Below are positions 50,001 to 59,290 of a stretch of DNA of 64,000 nt, piece after piece. The notes beneath the pieces were generated by a model. It was not told the DNA's origin. It made no database searches and saw only the letters and a program-made list of their open reading frames with translations. The position numbers and the translations under genes are program-made. The stretch is from Convolutriloba macropyga (lineage: Eukaryota): contig NC_134479.1 in assembly GCF_964194025.1 (NCBI RefSeq), positions 34,596,001 through 34,660,000 on the forward strand, in the 5' to 3' direction. Position 1 is the first letter of the stretch. Every line of letters starts with the position of its first letter.

Positions 50001-53000
50001 TTGAAACATCATAGTTTGGTAAGTTCGTTTTCAAAATTTTTGCCGATGGGTTTTTGATCTCATTTTTGTACCCATAGGATGTCTGTCTTTTGTCAATTAG
50101 ATAGAATAGGGACATTTATAATCGGTATTGTTAGTGGGAACGCAGGCTGAGGTCATCATTAAAAAACTCATTCAAAGAATCAAAACAAAAGTCAGGCTTG
50201 GTTAAACAATCCGGACGTTATTCAGCCATGAGCAGACGCTACCTCGTTCATGATAAGCCAATACGTAGATTCTGACCATACTGATCGAGCGAGTCATAAG
50301 AGCGCACCATATTACCTTGTCTGATTATAGGCTATGAAGTAACCCACTTTATAATGCTACAAATGCTTTTCTATTAGATTTTTAAAGCAGCGGCAGAACG
50401 AATAGGAGCAATTATACTGAATCAATGCCGTTTTTCTGTCGTCAATTTTTTTTTAGGAATTTTAATTATTTTCAACGTTACGAGGATCAGATTTTGGTTA
50501 CCTTTTCATAGCATTTTGTAATACATTATAAACGAAATAATTGTTGAGAAGGTCGGCAATTATCATAAAATTTATTTTTAAAAATCATTTAAAACAAAAA
50601 TTGATTAAAAAATACGTTTCAACGATTTTTGTAATAATCATTAACTACAAAAGCAAATTTTAAAAAAATACGTTCCTATATCATTAATTTCTTTCTCGAA
50701 AATTATCCACATGGACGTCTTTTAGCTGAGACATTCTACAAAAACATCTTGAAATGAAAGTTAGCTTAAGTCGAGATTACATTACACGCATACATTTCGT
50801 CTGCCCGCCGTGAATCCATACCGCTATGTTTAAAACCTTTGTCGGATGAGACATGCACCTCTCATATGCACACATTTCTTTGAGCTTAAGATTCTTAAAT
50901 CCCTTATTAATAGCCCCGATGCAATAGCTGAGGCTATTTTTGGTCTTCATTTGGTTTTTTTACGACTTGAAGAGGAGTATTGGTTTTCTATTGGTATTTT
51001 TGTTTTTTACAGCAAGTGGTTTTGTTCATGCGTAATTTTAACCTAAAAGCAAAAGTGAGAAAAGCTGTTATGGTGAACAGATTTTTTCTAAGCGAGAGAA
51101 TTTTTTTGATCATACACTGCGTTAGATGAATGGCTTTTTAAAATGTCTTTGAAAAACGTTTTTGAGAGACCGCTGCATAGAGATAATCGTTTTTAGCCGT
51201 TTTTTCGGCCATTTGGCTCATTTTCTTTTTAAATCTGTAATATGGTTTTTTGTAGAAATAGTTTTTGATTGACGCTGCAATAATTTGTAGCTTTCTGAAA
51301 TTGATACCAAAAGTTTTGCAGTGTGTAATATTTTTTTTTCAAGTGTATAATGGGCTTATATTTCTCAATTTTATAGTGTTTTTTTTTTTGAATTTTTCCC
51401 CTTAATATCTTCATTTTGATCTGCGAGAGAACTTTTTTCTTAAAAATCAGTGAATATGGCAACGTTATTTTGGCAATTTTTGCATTGATCAAAGCTAGCT
51501 TTTTTGTTTTATGATATTGTACACATACTAGTCCGTTTTTTTTTGCAATTTTTTGTTCAACTTTTTGTTTTTCGTTTGTTTTTGTTTTTAATTCAAATAT
51601 TCGTTCTGTGCACAGCCAGTGGTTTAATTTCGTGTTATGAGAAATTGATTTATTTCTTTACGATTATTTTTTGAATTTCAATGAGATATTGTTTTTTTTT
51701 AAATTACAATTTTAATATTTTTATATATAATTTTCATATTTTAACAATTTTCATAAAGTTCTTTAATTTTTCGAATCTCTTGAAATCTTTTTTCATTTTT
51801 CTTATGTAGATAGACCGCTGACTGTGTATTGTTTTTGAACCATGATTGCTAAATAAATATAGGTACTTATGTTTTGGTCGATAATTTTGTGGAGTGTGTT
51901 TAAAAGAGAATGTAAAAAATAATGCCGCATGTGAAAACTACTTGTTTAGGTCAGCCGGCGGATCGAATCGAAGAGCACAGCAAAGAAAGTGGTTCTCTGT
52001 TCGTATCGTTTTTTGAGAGAGACAAAGAATGTGTGAAAAAGTTTTCGCTAGGCGAGCAATTTTTAACTAGTTCGGCTTTTTTATTGCTGTTTTTTTTTTA
52101 GTTTGAATTTCAATCTTTCGATGCGAAGTGTTTCTCACAATTATCTAATCTAGTTATTGTGTTTTTGGAAGCGGTTTGACCATCTTATGCAATTTTAATA
52201 CTTTTAGACTCAATTTCCAGCTATTTTTAACTTCTATTTTAAGCTCTTCTAAAAGTTTAAGCCTGTTTTAAGCTCTTTTAAAGATTTATATCTTCAATTG
52301 TTATAACAATTCCGGAATTGTCTGACTGAAATTAGTTGAACTAGCAGTTTGTCTGGTTTTTCATTTGGATTGATATCTATTCAAATGTTTTTGAGGGGAA
52401 TTGGCTAATTTCGAACAAATATTTGCCGATTTTTTTGAGTTTTTGTGTTTATCTACTTCTGCTGATCTTAGGTCTCTCCCTGTAATTTTTTTCTGATTGT
52501 TTTTTAGTTCAGAACTATTCTTGGGGTGTTGCTACCATGTGGTTAAATTTCAAGGATGAACATGATGCTTTTCACTGAAATAAATTACACAATTTTGTTC
52601 ACGTTTTTTGTTCTCGGCAGTTTCCAATAGCTGTTTGGTGTTTTTCTCCTACCTTTTGGATCAGTGACTCATCTAGAAGAAGAAGTTATAAACGGTTATA
52701 AACTGTAAACTGAATAATGCTAGGAAATAATTTTGAAAGCTAAACAGGGATTTTGTCACTTAAACAAATTGAACAATTTTCTTATTTTTTATGGTTTTTT
52801 TGCTATTTTATTATTCTAATTGTTGGTTGTTACTTCTCCGTCAAATATTGGGTGGGCGACTGATGTACAGGAGATTTTATGTATTATTTGTGCTCATTAA
52901 TGGTTCGGAACGTGCATTTAACCTTTTCATAGATTATTAGTGAATGTTTCTTTTTGGTTTTGTCAGTCATCGTGTTTCCCTTTCCTGGAGTTTCTCTTTA

Positions 53001-54928
53001 TGAACCCCATTCCATACGATTGGCTTTATTTTGTGCTTGTTGTGATTATTTTGTTGTAATCGAACTGTACTACAGGGTTTTTTGCTGATAGTTTTTTTGG
53101 AGTTGCAATTAAAGATAAGTTTTATCAGATGGTGTATCAGTTGTTGTCAGAAAGGCTTCTCATGATATTTATCCTGTTGTTGTTTCGAAACGCCCAGTAA
53201 AATCATTCAGAAAGGCCATTAGATCAGGAAGGATGGTCACTTCTCTTCTTCGAGTCGGTTCCGGATTTCTTCCGGCTATGTTTTTTATTGCGTCGTCAAG
53301 ATGTTTGTTACGACCATATGACGTCAAAATCATTTTTTGTTCATTCGTTCATGCAATTTCGACTGCAATGCGTGCGTGACGTCATTTTTCACTCTTAGTG
53401 ATGCGAGTTTTTTGTCGATTCGCGTGATTGAGTTTTTTGTCAAACGTGACTTACCTCACTCTCAAAAATAACTTCCTCACTCTGAAATTGACTTTTCGGT
53501 ACTTTAATTCAAAGAAATAAGTTCAAGTGAGTGTATGTCACTTTAATTGAAGGTTATTTAAGAGCAGCCAATAGAAGCAGCAATTAGTTATACAGATTCC
53601 TAATCAAAATTTAACATCGCAGCGCCTAATGAAAAGAATATTTTATTTTGGTCTGTCTTTTTGAGACTGCAGATCTATGAAGCTATTGAGGCTATTTTCT
53701 GGCATTTTGCCAGCTATGTTTTTATACTTCATTTAATGGGCAATGTTTATTGATCATTATTAAAATCATTTTTTGCTTCATGGTATTACCCAAAACATCA
53801 AAAAATAGCCAAGACAAATGTTTTTAATAATGAAAGTTGAGTCAAAATGCCGGATCTCTGTCGTACAGTATTCTAGAATGTCAGATTTTGACATTATTGA
53901 TAACTGAGCTTGTGTTTAAAGCAAGGCTGTTGTCGCTTTGGAATTCTGGCTTACCCGTGTAGCCGCTCTACAGATCTCAATCAATGCGAGATTTTCTCCG
54001 TTACTTTATCTTAGTCATGTAGCATATACTTCAGCATCGTTTGCAGAAACAAAAAAGATCCTTTAAGTGTTAGTTTTTAAGTTTTTATTTGTTATTTTTG
54101 GAAATAAGTTTTTTTTCAGCAACTGTATGAAATGTGGAAGCACAAAGAGAATAGGCAGCAGCAACACCAGTCATCTGACTCTCAATCTCAGGAGCTGCAT
54201 CAACATCAGAATGGAAGCGTCATCTCAAACTTCACTCTCAGGTTTCAAGTATCACTCATGTAATATCCCGGGTCACTTCATACAACTTTCCTTGATTTCA
54301 TACAATGTTATATATTGTTTCTATATTGTTCATACAAAGATCATATATGATTCTTGGTAACCATACAAGGCCATGCAAGGTTCTTGGTAACCATACAAGG
54401 CCATGCAAGGTTCTTGGTAAACATACAAGGTCATATATGATTTGTATGATTTCCTGTTTATCAGACTAAGATCATATATGGTTTGCTGGAAACCATACAG
54501 GTGTCATGCAAAAAATTCTCCTTAAAGGAGAACCTGCAAAATATTGGAAACCGTCTCCTCCGCCTCATAATGAAACTGAGTGGCACAAACGGAAGAGATC
54601 AGATTTTACTGTCTGAAACTTCTGCTGCGTTTTCAGAGTACCAACCATCAAAACTGAGGACCCTTCCTTCAAGCCAGGTGTGAAAACAACAATCGTCTCT
54701 CACCCTGATACTGAGAACCCATACATTCACACCAATCAAATACCAACCAATCAGCGCCTGACTAAACGTTCAACCAATCAGCAACCAGCATCCAAATCGA
54801 AGAACAAATTAGCCGAAAATGGTGCTCTGGGCGCTAAGACAAAAACACGGGAAAAAGAAATCCTTGATCTGTACAAAGAAGTTTACAGTTACGAGGATGA
54901 AGATGTTCAGTACGAAATACACGTATAA
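4863..54928 (+). CDS. NMDA-type ionotropic glutamate receptor subunit, GluN3-like (spliced, >=18 exons, ~1070 aa, 5' exon(s) unresolved)
   Basis: Hand-spliced exons 4863-5070, 5520-5700, 6547-6707, 8459-8582, 14767-14962, 16148-16251, 16585-16771, 17402-17551, 21592-21674, 24322-24472, 27791-28019, 30913-31329, 31963-32108, 47945-48150, 49795-50018, 51950-51988, 54120-54241, 54637-54928 join in one frame. Motifs: EPF; NMDA loop-1 C..C..CCxG; [27 protein letters not shown]; M1; M2; CYTANLASF; YGAVKGSSV; LDAYFDD...[10 protein letters not shown]; M4. Confidence 0.92.
5520..5700 (+). CDS. receptor exon, ATD ([12 protein letters not shown]…MGVIYEE…)
   Basis: tatag acceptor, gttggt donor, phase 0 to 1. 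Confidence 0.75.
6547..6707 (+). CDS. receptor exon, ATD (…[20 protein letters not shown])
   Basis: ttttag acceptor, aag|gtaatt donor, phase 1 to 0. Confidence 0.75.
6695..7650 (+). repeat. degenerate ~19-22 bp minisatellite derived from an exon/donor junction (gttccatagaaaggtaactact / gtttcatagaaagattact)
   Basis: first unit overlaps the last codons of exon 6547-6707 and its donor; interrupted by a MITE. Confidence 0.9.
7218..7480. mobile_element. MITE with GGATC…poly-C / poly-G…GATCC TIRs and 8-bp TSD GATTACTC (Merlin-like)
   Basis: TIR ggatcttttctgctagcgcccc; TSD at 7210-7217 and 7481-7488. Confidence 0.9.
8459..8582 (+). CDS. receptor exon, ATD (VYKECQEY…LPNGILTLK); donor uncertain
   Basis: tttctcag acceptor; LPNGILTL resembles the NMDA ATD PxGxxG/S strand. 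Phase matching to the next exon suggests a non-canonical GC donor at 8583. Confidence 0.6.
8674..9283 (+). repeat. Copia 5' LTR
   Basis: near-identical to 13599-14207. Confidence 0.97.
9416..13591 (+). pseudogene. Copia gag-pol polyprotein with in-frame stops
   Basis: zinc knuckles, LVDSSCT protease, HRRLCH/C..C and DVMGP…RQDNA…PQQNG integrase, [23 protein letters not shown] RNase H; stops at 10955, 13100 and ~13277 in the same frame. Confidence 0.95.
13599..14207 (+). repeat. Copia 3' LTR
   Basis: follows the PPT; ends CA then TSD CATCA. Confidence 0.97.
14468..14662. mobile_element. Merlin-like poly-C/G MITE
   Basis: ggatcttttccgtttgtgcccc … gggggcacagacggaagagatc; degenerate TSD catagttg/cgaagttg. 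Confidence 0.75.
14767..14962 (+). CDS. receptor exon, ATD (…[16 protein letters not shown]…)
   Basis: ttgtag acceptor (alternative ttag at 14736), aa|gttagt donor, phase 1 to 2; DAV motif. Confidence 0.7.
15050..15224. mobile_element. degenerate poly-C/G MITE relative
   Basis: C-run start, tttttttacattgtaacgtg core, gggggcagaatagagcc end. Confidence 0.45.
16148..16251 (+). CDS. receptor exon, late ATD
   Basis: gcgcag acceptor, gtttgt donor, phase 2 to 1. Confidence 0.7.
16585..16771 (+). CDS. receptor exon, ATD end / S1 start (IKWTGN…[16 protein letters not shown])
   Basis: ctttag acceptor; L(K/R)I..I.EPF S1 signature; AG|GCAAGC donor. Confidence 0.85.
16784..16938. mobile_element. degenerate poly-C/G MITE relative
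   Basis: C-runs and the same ttttttacat…gtggggcataaaaa core as 15050 and ~5340-5460. Confidence 0.45.
17402..17551 (+). CDS. receptor exon, S1 loop 1 (CDFGHVC…[13 protein letters not shown])
   Basis: NMDA-family disulfide loop with CCxG motif; canonical splice sites. Confidence 0.9.
20824..20964. mobile_element. Merlin-like MITE, GGGTCTTTCCC TIR variant, 8-bp TSD TCTGAAAG
   Basis: TIRs with poly-C/poly-G; TSD on both flanks. Confidence 0.85.
21592..21674 (+). CDS. receptor exon, S1 ([16 protein letters not shown]…)
   Basis: matches the iGluR L..DL.F.Y.LY pattern; tttcag / gtaatt. Confidence 0.85.
23090..23170. mobile_element. tiny foldback element flanked by TTAA (piggyBac-like MITE)
   Basis: 34-bp perfect arms ctattatgaggttatttgaggcccccttctgaat, 11-nt loop, TTAA on both sides. 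Confidence 0.75.
24322..24472 (+). CDS. receptor exon, S1 (T/S-rich insert then [20 protein letters not shown])
   Basis: WxGMVG…ADL motif; tttcag / gttagg. Confidence 0.9.
25630..26800. repeat. degenerate ~170-180 bp tandem repeat array
   Basis: motif (t)agcctcaagagccaa recurs at ~25690, 25862, 26030, 26208, 26385. Confidence 0.7.
27791..28019 (+). CDS. receptor exon, S1 end + M1 ([16 protein letters not shown]…[10 protein letters not shown]…)
   Basis: conserved ligand alpha-carboxyl-binding Arg, FS.P, FL.P..VW pre-M1/M1. Confidence 0.93.
28447..28611. other. assembly gap (N run)
   Basis: 165 N. Confidence 1.
28612..28710. mobile_element. right end of a CCC-ended EnSpm-like non-autonomous element
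   Basis: homologous to 45935-46012 and 56984-57052 (tcgtactaggaaatac…gatccttgtatg…agcggc). Confidence 0.6.
30365..30526. mobile_element. Merlin-like MITE, 8-bp TSD CAAAATTG
   Basis: ggatcttttccgtttgtgcccc … ggggcaaacagaaaagatcc; exact TSD. Confidence 0.88.
30913..31329 (+). CDS. receptor exon, M1-M2 loop, M2 pore and M3 (CYTANLASF)
   Basis: SYTANLAAF-like gate; tttcag / gtaagt. Confidence 0.95.
31359..31525. mobile_element. Merlin-like MITE (same subfamily as 30365)
   Basis: homologous interior and TIRs; 30 bp downstream of the M3 exon donor. Confidence 0.8.
31732..31935. repeat. ~21 bp minisatellite (gtgctgatcattgactgaa-a)
   Basis: about 9 degenerate units directly upstream of acceptor 31962. 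Confidence 0.85.
31963..32108 (+). CDS. receptor exon, S2 ([12 protein letters not shown])
   Basis: S2 G.V..SS motif; ttttag / gttagt. Confidence 0.92.
32410..34250. mobile_element. TIR element (CCCCAGTCGA…TCGACTGGGG, TA TSD) whose interior is a 29-31 bp tandem satellite
   Basis: about 60 units of atggttatcttgcaagtttctggcagaa(aa/tga); the final unit is inverted next to the right TIR. Confidence 0.92.
35841..45754 (-). mobile_element. non-autonomous gag-only LTR retroelement with 2.3-2.7 kb LTRs and an internal tandem duplication
   Basis: TG…CA ends, TSD TCTGC; LTRs 43062-45754 and 35874-38220; PBS TGGCGCTCCTGGATGGGC (43041-43058); PPT AGGAGGGAGGAG (38221-38232); broken gag-like ORF, no pol. 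Confidence 0.8.
39044..44152. repeat. ~2.55 kb tandem duplication (39044-41578 / 41579-44152)
   Basis: near-identical ORFs duplicated, e.g. 39766/42347, 40178/42759, 40933/43507. Confidence 0.93.
46045..46285. repeat. ~30 bp degenerate minisatellite (gtattctatgcttacctgcagggtgccaaa)
   Basis: about 8 units. Confidence 0.8.
47945..48150 (+). CDS. receptor exon, S2 (LDAYFDD…[19 protein letters not shown]…YGI)
   Basis: close to the GluN3 DYEVSIDADCKLLTVGKPF pattern. Confidence 0.93.
49090..49300. repeat. inverted-repeat (MITE-like) element
   Basis: ~50 bp imperfect inverted arms atttcaactttatgagacagactata… / …tatagtctgtcccataaggttgaaat. Confidence 0.55.
49795..50018 (+). CDS. receptor exon, S2 end + M4 (KLREKW…C…[13 protein letters not shown]…)
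   Basis: L..KW…C…L….GG.F M4 signature; ttttag / gtaagt. Confidence 0.93.
51950..51988 (+). CDS. small receptor exon, proximal CTD ([13 protein letters not shown])
   Basis: tgtttag acceptor, phase 0-0; donor at 51989 or 51992. Confidence 0.55.
54120..54241 (+). CDS. receptor exon, Q/H/S-rich CTD
   Basis: ttttcag acceptor, ag|gtttca donor, phase 0 to 2. Confidence 0.7.
54267..54502. mobile_element. short CCC-ended EnSpm-like element with subterminal repeats
   Basis: cccgggtc start, catacaagg(t/c)cat repeats. Confidence 0.6.
54637..54928 (+). CDS. receptor terminal exon ending …YEIHV*
   Basis: tttcag acceptor, phase 2, open to TAA at 54926-54928. Confidence 0.75.
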
Positions 54929-54952
54929 TTTCACAAAACTTAATAAAAAACG

Positions 54953-55069
54953 GGTCTTTCCAACTAAGCCCCCCCCCACGAAATTTTGGCGCCCCTCCCC
55001 TTATTATGGCGTATTCAGGTTTTTTTTTTTTGGGGGGGGGGGGGTTCGAGATCTATGATCCGAAAGACC
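54953..55069. mobile_element. Merlin-like MITE in the receptor's presumed 3' UTR
   Basis: ggtctttc…poly-C / poly-G…gaaagacc. Confidence 0.7.
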
Positions 55070-55846
55070 CCAAAAATGTTTCCGATTGTTTGAATCTATT
55101 TAAATAGTTAGCCTAAATTATTATGATAATTCCCTTCTATAAAGCTTTTGAACACGGAGAGAAGGTGTCTTTAGGTCAAATTGAGCTGAAGTGTAAATAG
55201 CAGAACAAGTCATTCGGAGCTTTGTTGATTTTTTTGGAATAAGTGGACACAAACTATTGTGGTTTTATCAGCACATATTAAGTTCACATCAAAGGATACT
55301 CATTCCACAGAACAATCAATCTATGCAACAAATGATCAAACTTTTTTTTCTAGAAAATTCAACCGCTAAATAGTAGAAATCGGAAAAAGTTGCACGTCTA
55401 AAGCAGTTTCCAACCAAATTAATCCGTACTTAAGATCTATACTGTTATAAATACTTCGAAGAGTAAGAACAAACGATGTACTCGGTTATAATCAGACGCA
55501 CACGCACAGGCTTTCATGGCGCCAGCCATTAAAATTGAACGGGTAAATAACCGAAGGAGGATAAAATTTGAGAATCAGGCCCGAATACTTTAAGCTGAGT
55601 AGAAAGAGGGCGTTTTGAGAAAGGAAACAGTATATTTTGTGCTGTTGAAGACATCTTTAAATCACTTTGGGCGTATAGACGGCATTTTTTTTGTTTTCGG
55701 TTACTGAAACTACTTGTCAATCTCAGCTTTTCATTTCACATTTTAAATCCAACTCAAAACCAATTTAATCAACTCTCCTCGCAATTTCATAATAGCAACT
55801 TCATAAAATTTTTTGGTGAAATAAATCTTCAACGCCCAATTAACAC

Positions 55847-57052
55847 CCCGGGTTCCTCATCATACAAAATTAATAGTAATCATATTACGTCATATGTAAT
55901 TTGTATGAACTCTTGGTAGTCATACAAGGAGCATATGAATTTCTAGAAATCATACAGAGATGAAACAATAAATTTCAAAGCCTGAAAATTGTATAACTTT
56001 CATTTTCTATTGAAGTTAAGTTAAATTTGGGATTCATACAAGGTCAAATATGACACATAAAAAATTGAGTGGTGCCACAAATTCCTGTATAATGTAGTTA
56101 GAGGACATTAAATTATTATATCGCATTTGCAATCCACATTTGATTCCTTGTTTGCTGAAGGAAAAACTTTGCAATTCATACATTTGCTGAAAGAATTCGA
56201 GGATACATTCAAAACTTTTAAATATTTCTTATAAATGAGCATATATAGGAATTAACTCGCCTCAGAGAATATCAAAACTCTAGTTATCTATTTGGACTTA
56301 CTTTTTTTATTTAGTGCCCACCATTGAAAATGATATTGGACGCTGGCTCTTTAGGCGGATCACCAAATGATGCCTGGGAATCATATATGTGATGCCCTAC
56401 CGAAAAAATTAAACAAACATAAATGGTAAAAACTTCGTGAAAAATAGATGTATGATTCCTGGTTATCACTAGGTTCATATTGATTCCTTGGTAATCATAC
56501 AAAGATCATATATGATTTTTTAGTAGTCATACAAGGATCGTACTAAGAAATACGGGATCTTTTCTGCTAGCGCCCCCCCCCACGCTTAGTGAGGTACCCC
56601 CCATTTATAAATGCGTAAACATATTGTTAAAGCTAAGTAATCTTATACGTGAATATATATGAGCAACATGCCTTTACTAAAAGCTAGCACAGCTATGGTT
56701 TGACAGTATTACGTATTCAACCAAAATTTGTTGCATATAACGTAAGCATCAACCAAATTTCTGCATTAGATCTTTTTTGGTGTTATCAGGTACAATAAGG
56801 GCTTGTATAAAACTTTTCAAAGATTTTTTAAAACTTCTTAAGGAAACTATTCTAAAAGTGCCTTCATTTTACTCTTTTTCAATGAAATGCAGATATCGCT
56901 CTTGTGATTCGCGAAAACTTAGATTTTGGCGGGTTCAAATTTAACGGCTATATAAGGCTGGGGGGTGCTAGCAGAAAGGATCCGAAATACGTTATGATTT
57001 GTGTGACATCATATATGATCCTTGTAAGACTACTAAGAAGCGGCGACCAGGG
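55847..57052. mobile_element. CCC-ended EnSpm-like non-autonomous element, 2-bp TSD AC
   Basis: ac|cccggg … ccaggg|ac; homologous to the host halves of 35321-46012. Confidence 0.8.
56555..56983. mobile_element. Merlin-like MITE (longer version of 7218-7480), 8-bp TSD GAAATACG, nested in the EnSpm-like element
   Basis: same TIR and interior as the 7218 copy; exact TSD. Confidence 0.9.
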
Positions 57053-57769
57053 ACCAGGAAAACTGCGTGGTCAGTGGAATGTGAGCTTATCACATACGTT
57101 TATCATCACCAGTGTTACCATACAAACGGTGGCGATAAAAGAGTGGAACTTACAACTAGTGATAAAGTTATCTATTCACAGTTACAGTGATAAAGTTATG
57201 CAACTATTGTAATTGCAACTACACTTGATTCAAAACATGGTTGGTATCGCCCTCTCGTAGTTATTCAACTATTAATCGATGGTGTTCACTTCTCGATGGT
57301 GTTAATAAAAGAGGACGCCGGTAGAGCCAAACCGACGCAGAGCAGGATGCAATAAAATGAGATAAAAATACAAATTTTCCCAAGCTCTTGTTTAATGATC
57401 TTAGGTTCATTACTTCAAAGACTTCAAATTTGTGACAAATACTATCAAAATAGCGCAAAAAATCTATCCGTTGTGGCAACCTGTAACTTTTATACCGCCA
57501 GCGCGACGGTGCCGAGCTGAGCGCAACTCGACTGCACACCATAGATAATCAAGCGGCGACAACTGATTAATTCGCCATTTCTCACATTTGTTTAACTTCC
57601 ATTCAAACGAACTAGATTATTTGGCCAATCAAATTCAATCATTTGGCTCCGATGCTAATTATCTGTTATTCGACTCTGCGCACGTTTGGCTCTTTTTCCT
57701 AGCTTCGTCATAACCGTATGGAAAACAAAATTAATTGACAATTAACTTGGTTAACATAAGGGTGGTTAT

Positions 57770-59290
57770 CAATACAACAGATGGATAAACCATCTCCCCT
57801 ACGATCGGTCGAGCACGCAAAAAGCAAAATAGCCAACTAGGGAGCCCGTGCCAACAATATTGCCGCTGATCCCCGAATAGCAGTGATTGACAAAGATTGC
57901 ATCAGTTTACAAAAAGCTACAGACAACCCTGCGCTCGGAAAGAATAGTTGTCACTTAACACAGCCAACCGCTTGAGTGTTTTCTTGCAGGTTGCCGATAT
58001 TCCGCCAAGGACTTCAATTGCAAGCGGAACAATTGTTATTCCCATTTTTGCGCAGTTATCGTCGTGGAGGCAAAATTTTCTTTCATCTGCCATATGGAGC
58101 GCGTATCCTGCCTTTGTAGCCGAATTAGTGAGAGAGTTGGATTGCAGCGACGAAGTAACAGTTACATCAAATGCAGCAGGTTTTCCCCGCTTTCCAAGTC
58201 GGGACAAAGATGTCTCCGGGGCGCGATTGGCGTTCCGGAATGAGGTTCTTTTTTTCCACTACTGTTGAGAGATTTGCAGATTAGCAACTGGACACTATTT
58301 AATCTCGAACCCGGTCATGTCTCGAAATTGCGTCTCATTGACCGTGACACGCAATGGCATAATCCCCATAGATGTCAAGAACTCCTGCTTTACAAAACGG
58401 GCCTTTTCTTTCGGCGTCGTAGACAGGGACACCCAACCTGTACTTTGCACTAATTCTAAACTCATTTGGTGCCATGTGAAGCCCAAAAGCTGGAATGGGG
58501 GGAGCAGACAACCAAGCTCCAGCATGTCGAACAGACAATGAAAGAAGTCGGGCGTATTCTCGCTCACACGCTAGATTCTCTTTGAGACCATGAAATTTTT
58601 CATTATCAAGAGCATGTTGAATCGTCTTTTGCGAAAGGTTTGAAATGTCCAGTTGTGCTATACTGGAATAAAGATCTTAAGAAACTTGGCAGTTTTTTGG
58701 GCTTTCACCGGTTACCTTTGAAACAAGATCTTCAGAGCAGTGAACAGAACCAATGTATGATGCTTTATACTGGTCTTGGCATTGGCGAATACCCAACCCT
58801 CAAAGGATTATGGGCAGGGTTGCTTGAGTCCAGGATTGTTCTGGAAGAACAGTTCCAAGAATAACTGGACTTGTGGGCGTTTGAAGAATACACCATCTTG
58901 AGGGCCCAATGCAGTGGCGTAGTATACATAGGGCGAACTGAGGTTCGTCAAGGTAGACCAACTTGTCAAAAAGTACCCTTGTTTTCCCTATCTTTTTGTT
59001 AAGTTTCATGCATACAAACTCTGGGTTTCCTAACGCAGCTCCAAGAACCTCAAGGCCCGAAATATCATTTCGTTTTATTCTTATATCAAGTCTGTCTAAT
59101 TCTACCGTGGACCACAATTCACACTTATTGAACCTGACGTGGAGGCCGCGATCAGATCCGAGCTGTCATTACCTGGCAATGATTTTCCATTATCTGCGCC
59201 TGATCATTGTTCGGATATCAACTCAGACATGGCCATTACTTAAATATCCCCAGCTTCAGGTCAGACTGCATATAATTTTGTGTACTGGTG
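57770..59290 (-). mobile_element. 5'-truncated, decayed CRE-clade non-LTR retrotransposon (RT thumb + Zn knuckle + REL endonuclease)
   Basis: LGAALG..EF, GAWL.A.P…EFR…RLG, C..C…D.YGD.A..C, FDVTV…A…E.RK, VPLAIEVLGG. Confidence 0.85.

Noticed and set aside
52150-53330. Possible ancient LINE ORF1-like remnant on the minus strand
   Set aside because: Too degenerate to support
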